Assembly: GCA_045805065.1 (NCBI GenBank)
Contig: JBJMMA010000037.1
Coordinates: 1 to 26,049 of the forward strand
DNA length: 26,049 nucleotides
Origin: Bdellovibrionia bacterium
GTDB taxonomy: Bacteria > Bdellovibrionota > UBA1018
Reading direction: 5' to 3'
Shown here: positions 17,199-25,203 of the stretch, piece after piece
Layout: the number at the start of each line of letters is the position of its first letter
Position numbering within the stretch: the stretch's first letter is position 1
Notes under the pieces: generated by a model
What the model was told of the DNA's origin: nothing
The model's database searches: none
The model's input: the letters and a program-made list of their open reading frames with translations, nothing else
Position numbers and translations under genes: made by a program

Positions 17199-17555
17199 CT
17201 ACTTACTGAGCTCCTGCAGAAGCCGCTCAAACGGATAGGGCCTGCGGTGCAACTGGTCGGCAGGCAAAGGAAAAACTCCTGGCTTTTCAAAAGGTTTTTC
17301 ATCTTCATTGAAGATCACCGTGAGCGGGATATTTTGAGTTTTAGGAAGAGAGCGAAGCTTTTCACATGCCTCACCCGCGTTCATGTCTTCGAACGTCAAA
17401 TCGATCAGGATCCGATCCACAGCCACCTCTTGAGCTATACGAATCCCTTCACCGCCAAAAGCTGCCGAATAAATTCTAAAATAATTCTTTAAGCGATCCT
17501 CATAAACTTCGAGCGCTTCCCAATCATCTACGATCAGCAGTAAACTTTTTTGCAT
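17199..17555 (-). CDS. Atypical single-domain response regulator receiver
   Basis: LLIVDD, ILIDL, TQNIPL; conserved Thr/Ser and Lys not evident (RP in place of KP). Confidence 0.8.
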   Translation of the reverse strand: MQKSLLLIVDDWEALEVYEDRLKNYFRIYSAAFGGEGIRIAQEVAVDRILIDLTFEDMNAGEACEKLRSLPKTQNIPLTVIFNEDEKPFEKPGVFPLPADQLHRRPYPFERLLQELSK

Positions 17556-17608
17556 TCAAAAACCCGCCTGCTTTTGTCCTTAAATTTGTGGAAAAACTGT
17601 GAAGACAT

Positions 17609-17633
17609 TGCTAATGTACTCAGAACATTAGCA
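17609..17633. promoter_or_regulatory. Perfect 9-7-9 inverted repeat in the divergent intergenic region
   Basis: TGCTAATGT-ACTCAGA-ACATTAGCA. Confidence 0.55.
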
Positions 17634-17674
17634 TATTATCATCTTAGATCTCCGGGATTTTTCGAGTCAGCTCC

Positions 17675-20600
17675 ATGGCAACTGGCACAAAGCTTCAAAT
17701 CAAACGCAAAGCAAAAAAGGCAACCAAGCCGACTCAGGCCCCGACAAATAAAAAGAAGAAATCCACGCTGCGAAAAACCAAAACCGCGCTTCTTCGCAAG
17801 AAATCTCCGCGCTATCTGGTTGGAATCGGCGCATCGGCGGGCGGTCTTGAAGCGCTTCGCGCGCTCTTTGCGGGCGTAAAAAACGCCGAAAACATGAGCT
17901 TCATCGTGGTGCAACATCTGGCACCTCAGCATCGAAGCAGGCTTGTTGAGATCATCGCGCAGGGAACTCCAATTCCCGTCAAAGAAGTCCAGGAAGCTGA
18001 AATTCCTCAGGGCGACACGATTTACATCACGCCGCCAAATTACGACGTTTATTTTTCAGACGGAAAGCTTCATCTCAAGCAGCCTTCATCGAAGATCGGA
18101 CCCAAACCTTCAGTCGATGTTTTCTTTCGCTCTCTGGCTGAAGAAATGGGCGAGAACGCCATTGGCATCATCCTCTCTGGCACCGGCAGCGACGGAGCTC
18201 AAGGGATCCGCGCCATCAAGGCTGCAGGTGGCGTGACGATCTGTCAGTCCATCAAATCGGCAAAGTATGATGGCATGCCGCGCGCCGCCCGTCAGACTGA
18301 CACGATTGACATGGAACTATCGCCTGAAGACATCGCTAAAAAGTTGAACCTCTTTAACAGCTTTGCCGAGAAAACACCGCTCAGCGAATACGCCAATCAG
18401 CAATCCTCGATTCAGTACAAGGATCCTGTGGATCAGATCCTTCAAACGGTGGAGCGCGAGCAGAACGTTGATTTCAGCCAATACAAGCTCTCCACGGTCC
18501 GAAGAAGAATCGAGCGCCGGATCATCGCGACTCATTCCAACTCGATCGAGGAATACGCGCGCTACATCAACTCGCACCCTGAAGAAGCAAAGCCGCTCTT
18601 CCAGGACATCCTGATCTCCGTGACTTCTTTTTTCCGCGATGAGCAGGCATTCAAGGCGGCTGCAAATCTCATCCAGGATCGCGTTAACAAGAAGACCCCG
18701 GGCCAGCCGTTTCGCGCCTGGGTGGTGGGTTGTGCGACGGGTGAAGAAGCTTACTCTATCGCGATTCTAATCTCTGAGGCACTTGAGAAAACCAAGAAAT
18801 CGATGCCGATTCAGGTCTTCGCCACCGACCTCGATGAGCAAGCCATGAGCATCGCCCGCAAAGGGCTTTATCCTAAAGCCACGCTGAGCCACATGTCCAA
18901 GGCCCTGCGCGAGAAGTACTTTGAGGATCGCGATCAACACTACAAGATCCGGGAACAACTGCGCGAGAAGATCATTTTCGCTCGCCATGACGTGACCAAT
19001 GACCCGCCGTTTTTGAAATCCGACATCGTCACCTGCCGCAACGTTTTGATTTACTTCAACAGCGCCTTGCAGGAGCAGGTTCTGAAGATGTTCCACTACG
19101 CATTGGATCCCAACGGACTTCTCTTCCTGGGCAAATCCGAAGCAACTGCAGGATGCGTGCACCTTTTTGAGCAAGCCTCTCCTCACGCCAAGATCTTCAC
19201 CCGCGCCAATGTTCGCGGTGAGTACCCGAAACCTCAGTCCAAGACGGACTTGAGTCGCGAAGCTGCACTGACCGTGAAGGACCGCGAGAGCACCACTCAG
19301 CTTGAGTTCTTCAACTCGATCATCGCGGGCTTTGCTCCGGATTCCGTTTGGATTGATGAAGACCAGCGCGTGCGCCATGTCTATGGCGAGGCAAATCGCT
19401 ACTTGAGAGTTCCTACAGGTGCGCCGTCCACAGTCATCACGAAGCTTCTTCCTCCTGAGATGGCCTTGGAAGTGACCGCGCTTTTTCATCGTGCGCAGAA
19501 ACTTCTTAAGCCGGTTCGCGGATCACAGAAGCATCCGATCAAACTCGGCGAAGAGCAGAAATTCATTCAACTCAGCATCGTGCCGATCTCCTATGAGCAT
19601 CGCCGCGAATTCGCGGTCTGCTTTAATATCGCCACACCGGACGCTGCTGAGCAGCAAAGCGCCCTGCATTCGGAGATCCACGACCTATCGGATCCGGAGA
19701 AAGTGGCACACCTGGAGCGTGAGCTGGTCACATCCCGCGAGCACCTCCAGACTCTCATGGAAGAGCATGAGACGGCGACAGAAGAACTTCAGGCCTTGAA
19801 CGAAGAGCTTCAATCCGCCAACGAAGAGCTCCAATCGACGAACGAGGAGCTCGAGACAGCCAACGAAGAATTGCAATCTTCCAATGAAGAGCTCATGACG
19901 CTCAACCAGGAAGTCAATGTAAAGTCCTCCGAGCTTCAGACGCTCAATCAGAGACTTCAGGCGATTCAAAACGCGCTTTTCTATCCGCTTCTCATCATCA
20001 GCAACAACCTCAATCTGATCGACTTCAATCCAGCGTCTCGCTTCATGTTCAAGCTCTCGGACGCTGACATTGGGTCCAGCATGAAGCTCATGACGTCAAC
20101 GCTGGATCTCAAGCCCGTTCTTGCGTTGATCAATGAGTGCTTCAGCACCGAAAAAGACGGAAAAATGCAGATCAGCGATGGATCCCGTGACTATGAGATC
20201 CGTGTGCAGCTTTACCGCAATCCAAAAGGCCAATGCGATGGCGCTGTCATCAGCTTCGTGGACAACTCCGAGATTGTCCGCGCCCTGAACTCTGCCCGCG
20301 TGCATCGTGAGCGTCTGGACTCGATCCTCAACAACACGCCTGCCATCGTCACACTGAAGGACAGTCTCAGCAATTACATCTACGTCAATCAAAGCTTCTG
20401 CGACGCCATGGGCATGGACGCCGAGAAGATCCTCGGCAAATCCGACGAAGAGCTTTTCGGCAAACAATACGCGGATCAGGTTCGCGAGAATGATTTCGAA
20501 GTCTTCAAAAAGCGCAAGCCACTTCGCTTTAATGAGACCTTGCCGCTTCACAACACGTTACGCCACTGGCTCTCGTCCAAGTTTCCGGTGCTGGATGATC

Positions 20601-21811
20601 GCAACAAAGCGCAATCGCTCTGCACCGTCGCGCTCGACGTTACCGAGCAAGTAGCCTACCAAACGCAGCTTGAGATTTTCAGAAACACGGTCTCCGCCTC
20701 GAACAGCGGAATTGCCATTTTCGCGTATAATGGCAAGGGCTTCCATGCTGATTATGCATCTGACGCGTTCCTCGAAAAACTTGAGCTTAAGCGCGAAACC
20801 GTCATGGGCGCTGAGTTTTCCGAGCTTTGCGCTACCATCGGAAAGCATTTCAACAGCAGCGAGCTTCAGACCTTTGCAAAGGACGGAGCAGAAGATGAGC
20901 GCGCAAGCTTTGTTCTGGACCTGAGCCAGTCCCACGCCGGTCATTTCAAATCCGAATGGATTGAGCTTCAATGCTCGCCTATGGAGTTTTCGGCGGATCT
21001 TTATAAAGAATTCAGCCACGAACCAGCTGATAAAGCCCGCTACATCATTTTGACAATGTATGACGTCACGGAACGCGTAAGCACCCAGCGCATTATCCAG
21101 TCCCAGCAAGATGAGCTTCAGCGCTACAGCAAGCTCGCTTCCCTGGGCGAGATTGCCGCAGGAATCTCCCATGAGATCAATACGCCCCTCAACGTGATCA
21201 GCACGAAGACCGATTTCTTGAAACGTCTGGCGGCTCGTGACCGATTGGAGAGCGGGAAAGTCACTGAGACCTCCAACGATATTGAGAGGATGGTTAAAAA
21301 CATTGCGGATGTCATCGTGGGCCTGAAGTCGGCAGTCAGCCACGACTTCGATGGCGCAAAAACTCAGAACTTAAAGACCCTGATCGAAGAAGCCGTCAAT
21401 CTTTGCGGGTTCAAACTGCAGCAAAGAAACATCCGAATGCAGCTTGAGCTGCCTCAGAAAGATATTTCCGCTGAGTGCCATGCCGTTCAAATCGTTCAAA
21501 TTCTCGTCAATCTGATCCAGAACTCTGTCGATGCCATCTCGCAACTCGAGGAGCGTTGGATCAAGATCCAGCTTCGCAAGTCCAGTGGCAAGGCGGAGAT
21601 TTTGGTCACCGACAGCGGAAAAGGCATTGATGAGAGCTTGGCAGAAAAAGTGATGACACCGTTCTTCACGACCAAGAAATCCACGAATGGTACCGGTTTG
21701 GGACTCAGTCTCTCCCGCAATATTGCCCGTCGTCACGGCGGGGATTTACTGCTCGTACCAGGCAGCAAGAATACGACCTTCAGGGTTGAATTACCCATAA
21801 AACAAGGCTAG
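17675..21811 (+). CDS. CheB-CheR fusion with coiled coil, PAS domains and histidine kinase
   Basis: CheB triad GASAGG/VQHL/GTGSDG; CheR GCATGEEAYS, ATDLD, CRNVLIYF; EELQSANEELQSTNEEL heptads; PAS-like segments; ISHEINTPL, NSVDA, DSGKGI, FFTTK, GTGLGL. Confidence 0.95.
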   Translation: MATGTKLQIKRKAKKATKPTQAPTNKKKKSTLRKTKTALLRKKSPRYLVGIGASAGGLEALRALFAGVKNAENMSFIVVQHLAPQHRSRLVEIIAQGTPIPVKEVQEAEIPQGDTIYITPPNYDVYFSDGKLHLKQPSSKIGPKPSVDVFFRSLAEEMGENAIGIILSGTGSDGAQGIRAIKAAGGVTICQSIKSAKYDGMPRAARQTDTIDMELSPEDIAKKLNLFNSFAEKTPLSEYANQQSSIQYKDPVDQILQTVEREQNVDFSQYKLSTVRRRIERRIIATHSNSIEEYARYINSHPEEAKPLFQDILISVTSFFRDEQAFKAAANLIQDRVNKKTPGQPFRAWVVGCATGEEAYSIAILISEALEKTKKSMPIQVFATDLDEQAMSIARKGLYPKATLSHMSKALREKYFEDRDQHYKIREQLREKIIFARHDVTNDPPFLKSDIVTCRNVLIYFNSALQEQVLKMFHYALDPNGLLFLGKSEATAGCVHLFEQASPHAKIFTRANVRGEYPKPQSKTDLSREAALTVKDRESTTQLEFFNSIIAGFAPDSVWIDEDQRVRHVYGEANRYLRVPTGAPSTVITKLLPPEMALEVTALFHRAQKLLKPVRGSQKHPIKLGEEQKFIQLSIVPISYEHRREFAVCFNIATPDAAEQQSALHSEIHDLSDPEKVAHLERELVTSREHLQTLMEEHETATEELQALNEELQSANEELQSTNEELETANEELQSSNEELMTLNQEVNVKSSELQTLNQRLQAIQNALFYPLLIISNNLNLIDFNPASRFMFKLSDADIGSSMKLMTSTLDLKPVLALINECFSTEKDGKMQISDGSRDYEIRVQLYRNPKGQCDGAVISFVDNSEIVRALNSARVHRERLDSILNNTPAIVTLKDSLSNYIYVNQSFCDAMGMDAEKILGKSDEELFGKQYADQVRENDFEVFKKRKPLRFNETLPLHNTLRHWLSSKFPVLDDRNKAQSLCTVALDVTEQVAYQTQLEIFRNTVSASNSGIAIFAYNGKGFHADYASDAFLEKLELKRETVMGAEFSELCATIGKHFNSSELQTFAKDGAEDERASFVLDLSQSHAGHFKSEWIELQCSPMEFSADLYKEFSHEPADKARYIILTMYDVTERVSTQRIIQSQQDELQRYSKLASLGEIAAGISHEINTPLNVISTKTDFLKRLAARDRLESGKVTETSNDIERMVKNIADVIVGLKSAVSHDFDGAKTQNLKTLIEEAVNLCGFKLQQRNIRMQLELPQKDISAECHAVQIVQILVNLIQNSVDAISQLEERWIKIQLRKSSGKAEILVTDSGKGIDESLAEKVMTPFFTTKKSTNGTGLGLSLSRNIARRHGGDLLLVPGSKNTTFRVELPIKQG

Positions 21812-21823
21812 GTATTTCTCGTC

Positions 21824-22198
21824 ATGATCTCGAAACCTGTATCATTTCTCATCGTTGAAGATAGCGAAGATCTTTGCAAGGGCTGGGAAGACATCTTGTC
21901 GATCGACGGCCACCAGGTGAAATATTTCACCACGGGGCATGCCGCCTTGCGTGCTCCCCAAGTCTTTTCTCAATGCGATATTCTGGTGAGCGACTATTAC
22001 CTTCCAGACATCAACGGGATTGATCTGATCACGAAGATCCGCGAATCGCGTCCGACTCTGCCTGTGATCTTACTCACCGGATCCAAAGATCCGGCAGTTC
22101 GGGAATCCATCAAGAAGATTCCCAACGCTCTGCTGCTTCACAAGCCGCTGGGAATTGATGAGCTTGAGAACGCGGTCAACCGCATTCTGAGTGCTTAA
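21824..22198 (+). CDS. Single-domain response regulator (CheY-like)
   Basis: IVEDS, VSDYYLPDING, LLTG, HKP. Confidence 0.93.
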   Translation: MISKPVSFLIVEDSEDLCKGWEDILSIDGHQVKYFTTGHAALRAPQVFSQCDILVSDYYLPDINGIDLITKIRESRPTLPVILLTGSKDPAVRESIKKIPNALLLHKPLGIDELENAVNRILSA

Positions 22199-22238
22199 TT
22201 TTCTAATGCCACTTTTTCTAATGCCACTTTTTCTAATG
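22199..22238. repeat. About 2.7 x 15-bp tandem repeat TTTTCTAATGCCACT between convergent genes
   Basis: Two exact copies plus a partial third that contains the slyD stop codon. Confidence 0.9.
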
Positions 22239-22742
22239 TAAGAAGCGATTGAGCTTCTTCTCTTGCACGGACTCCGCGATTTCCTCGCGGGTGGCGTCGC
22301 GCACTTCGGTGGCCTCGATATCAAAGACAAGGTCCTGGCCCGCGAGCGGATGATTTGCGTCGAGCACGATCGAATCCGCGTCAATCTCAATGACCTTGTA
22401 GAGGCGAATCTGAGATTCATCGACCTGAACCTGGATGGAGTCTCCAACCTTTAATTGATCACTGGAAGGAACCGACTTACGTCGAACCTTGCTCACCAGC
22501 TCCGGGTCATAAAAGCCAAAAGCTTTTTCGGCCGAAACAGGAATGGATCTTCTCTGACCCTCTTTCAAATCCTGAAGTCCTTCCACCAGGCCTTGAAGGG
22601 GCACGGGGACTCGATCCTTGCCCAGGTACGTAATCACGTCGCGATTATAGGTAGAGCTCAAGACTTCGCCCAAAGTGTTTCTGAGGGTGCAGTGAAAAGA
22701 CACGACTTGAGCTTTTGCATGAGACTTCGTCTGAGTTTTCAT
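22233..22742 (-). CDS. slyD: FKBP-type peptidyl-prolyl isomerase (SlyD-like, no His-rich tail)
   Basis: GLVEGL, AEKAFGFYD, LDANHPLAGQDLVFDIE..VRDAT.EEI. Confidence 0.9.
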   Translation of the reverse strand: MKTQTKSHAKAQVVSFHCTLRNTLGEVLSSTYNRDVITYLGKDRVPVPLQGLVEGLQDLKEGQRRSIPVSAEKAFGFYDPELVSKVRRKSVPSSDQLKVGDSIQVQVDESQIRLYKVIEIDADSIVLDANHPLAGQDLVFDIEATEVRDATREEIAESVQEKKLNRFLH

Positions 22743-23074
22743 GAATGCAACCTTTCGATGATGACTAATAATGTTAATGCTGCAGTTGCTAGGGCCCGGC
22801 AGACAGGCAAATTCAACTCAATTGGGAATGCCTATCTTGTTATGCAAGTTCCTGTCGCACCGACTGCACCGGTGACGCATCAGCAGCGTATGCGCCGCAT
22901 AAGAAATACGTAGGGCAAGCTAGCCTCTTTCAGGCTAGCACAATCCCACTTTAACTAGTTGATTTACTTAGAATGATTGTGATTAAAGTCATTGATCAAC
23001 GAATCACCTTGCGGCTCGACCGGGCCACTGGTGACACAGCTTGGCAGAATCTCATTCCTCTTTAGCGTGAATTC

Positions 23075-23191
23075 TGCTATATTCGTAGTGTAGTTTAATC
23101 AGCCTACTTTCGAGTCTGCGGGCATAGTGCCCATATCCTCCGAAAAGCGGCACCCGCCTGAGTCTAGTTAGAGACTATTTTAGGAGGTTCT
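23075..23191 (+). promoter_or_regulatory. Extended -10 promoter and about 100-nt structured 5' leader of the RRM gene
   Basis: TGCTATATT at 23075-23083; anti-SD CCTCCGAAAA (23137-23146) complementary to TTTTAGGAGG (23178-23187); internal hairpins. Confidence 0.55.
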
Positions 23192-23566
23192 ATGGGTAAG
23201 AAACTTTATGTTGGCAATCTGCCATTCACCGCAACCGAGCAAGAATTGACCGATGCTTTCGGCCAATGTGGAACGGTTGAATCCGCAAAGATCATCACCG
23301 ATCGCGACACCGGCCGCTCCAAAGGCTTTGGTTTCGTCGAAATGTCTTCTGACGAAGAAGCTCAGAAGGCTATCAGCCAGTTCAACGGCGCCGATTACGG
23401 CGGACGCCCGATGACTGTCAATGAAGCAAAGCCAATGGCGCCTCGTGAAGGCGGCGGTGGTGGACGTGGATTTGGCGGCGGCGGCGGCGGTGGACGCGGC
23501 GGCTTCGGCGGCGGCGGCGGACGTGGTGGTCGCGATGGCGGCTCCCGCGGCGGCAATCGCTGGTAA
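23192..23566 (+). CDS. RRM RNA-binding protein with Gly/Arg-rich tail (Rbp type)
   Basis: RNP2 LYVGNL, RNP1 KGFGFVEM, VNEAKP, GGC-rich RGG tail; AGGAGG SD. Confidence 0.96.
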   Translation: MGKKLYVGNLPFTATEQELTDAFGQCGTVESAKIITDRDTGRSKGFGFVEMSSDEEAQKAISQFNGADYGGRPMTVNEAKPMAPREGGGGGRGFGGGGGGGRGGFGGGGGRGGRDGGSRGGNRW

Positions 23567-23587
23567 TTAGCCACTCAAATTTCGTAT

Positions 23588-23627
23588 AACCGGGGAGTGC
23601 AAGCTTTGCGCTCCCCGGTTGTTTTTT
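23588..23627 (+). terminator. Rho-independent terminator after the RRM gene
   Basis: AACCGGGGAG...CTCCCCGGTT stem followed by GTTTTTT. Confidence 0.88.
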
Positions 23628-23666
23628 GTCCGAATCGTTTCCCTCAAGAGAAAGCCGACTGATCCG

Positions 23667-23843
23667 ATGCAGAACTCCAACCTCAAACCTGGAAAAAATC
23701 AGTTCAAATGCTTTCACTGCCGACTCATTTTTTCGAATAAAGATGGCGATTGGTTTCAATGGGAAGACATGCAAGTTCATCTTTGCAAAGCTTGCGACAA
23801 GCTGACCGAGAAAAAGCCTGAGCGCTCCAAGCGCTCGAATTGA
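23667..23843 (+). CDS. 58-aa hypothetical protein with CxxC...CxxC (putative Zn-binding microprotein)
   Basis: MQNSNLKPGKNQFKCFHC...VHLCKAC...; purine-rich upstream sequence; fills the gap between terminator and helicase on the same strand. Confidence 0.6.
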   Translation: MQNSNLKPGKNQFKCFHCRLIFSNKDGDWFQWEDMQVHLCKACDKLTEKKPERSKRSN

Positions 23844-23946
23844 ACCCAAAGCCAATTTTCTTATCTCAGCCTCCTCACCTATTAACATTTGGGCCGACCT
23901 ATTCAGCCAATTCACTTAGGTAGACCGCCCAAGGAGTGCTTTTCAT

Positions 23947-25140
23947 ATGCAGTATTTCAACGAACTCAAGCTCCCTCTCGCGCTCGAAAAGGCCATTCAG
24001 GCCATGCGCTTCGAAAAACCAACCCCGATCCAGGCACAGGCCATTCCTGTTGCGATGAAGGGTTGCGATCTCATTGGATGCGCGCAGACCGGCACCGGAA
24101 AAACCGTGGCTTTCTCTGTTCCGCTCCTCACCCGCCTTTTGAATGCGCCTCAAAAAACCGCTTTGATCCTGGTTCCTACACGCGAGCTTGCCGCTCAAGT
24201 CGCAGGAGTCATCTCAAAACTCACGGCGTTCTCGCCTCAGCTTCGCTCCGTCCTTTTGATCGGAGGCGTTGCCATGCAGCCTCAGACGCGCAATCTGTTG
24301 CGAAAGCCTCAGATCGTGATCGCAACACCTGGAAGATTGATTGATCACCTGAACCAGAAGAACCTCTCGCTTGCCGCTACGGATGTCCTCGTGCTGGATG
24401 AAGCTGACCGCATGCTCGATATGGGCTTCGCTCCGCAGCTCAGCCAGATCTTGCGCCACCTTCCGAACGCGCGTCAGACGCTTTGCTTTTCCGCGACCTT
24501 TTCTGCCGAAATGGAAAAGCTCGCTGCCCGATTCCTGAAAAATCCGGAAAGAGTGACCGTAGGAGCAGTTTCCCAGCCTGTGCAAGCCATTGAGCAATCC
24601 ATTGTTCAGACCACGGCTGCAAAGAAGAACGACACCTTGATGGATGAGCTGAATACCCGACAGGGATCCGTTCTGGTCTTTGCCCGCACCCAACATCGCA
24701 CGGACCGGGTCGCACGCTACTTGGAGAGCTATGGCCACACCGTCACTCGTTTGCATGGCGGACGCTCTCAAGGTCAGAGAACTACGGCAGTCTCAGGATT
24801 CAGAGACGGCCGCTTCAGGATCATGGTTGCAACCGATATTGCGGCCAGAGGCATTGATATCTCCCACATTGCACACGTGATTAATTATGACCTTCCTCAA
24901 GTACCTGAGGATTATGTGCATCGGATTGGGCGAACGGGACGCGCAGGCGCCAAGGGTGAAGCAGTTTCGTTGATCACCCAAGAGGATCAGGCTCAGTGGA
25001 GAGAAATCGTCCGTATGCTTAGAAAGTCCGACAAGCATCCGACAAACGACGCGGAGCGTGGAGTTCGCGATTTACGCGATGCACATAGACCACGCCCTCT
25101 TCAAGGTACGCATAAACATCAGATTACGGCACGGAGTTAA
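23947..25140 (+). CDS. DEAD-box ATP-dependent RNA helicase
   Basis: PTPIQ, AQTGTGKT, PTRELA, TPGRL, DEAD, SAT, ARGID, YVHRIGRTGRAG. Confidence 0.97.
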   Translation: MQYFNELKLPLALEKAIQAMRFEKPTPIQAQAIPVAMKGCDLIGCAQTGTGKTVAFSVPLLTRLLNAPQKTALILVPTRELAAQVAGVISKLTAFSPQLRSVLLIGGVAMQPQTRNLLRKPQIVIATPGRLIDHLNQKNLSLAATDVLVLDEADRMLDMGFAPQLSQILRHLPNARQTLCFSATFSAEMEKLAARFLKNPERVTVGAVSQPVQAIEQSIVQTTAAKKNDTLMDELNTRQGSVLVFARTQHRTDRVARYLESYGHTVTRLHGGRSQGQRTTAVSGFRDGRFRIMVATDIAARGIDISHIAHVINYDLPQVPEDYVHRIGRTGRAGAKGEAVSLITQEDQAQWREIVRMLRKSDKHPTNDAERGVRDLRDAHRPRPLQGTHKHQITARS

Positions 25141-25149
25141 AAATGACAC

Positions 25150-25174
25150 CCTACTCTCAAGGATTGAGGGTAGG
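25150..25174 (+). other. 11-bp stem-loop between helicase and desaturase (no U tract)
   Basis: CCTACTCTCAA-GGA-TTGAGGGTAGG. Confidence 0.55.
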
Positions 25175-25203
25175 ATCTGATGAGTAAAAGGGAAAGGAAA
25201 CCC

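Noticed and set aside
19770..19910. Repeated (AAC)GAAGAGCT pattern as a DNA repeat element
   Set aside because: It encodes the normal EELQS/NEEL coiled coil of CheBR proteins.
23450..23555. GGC microsatellite-like tract
   Set aside because: It encodes the usual Gly/RGG tail of RRM proteins.
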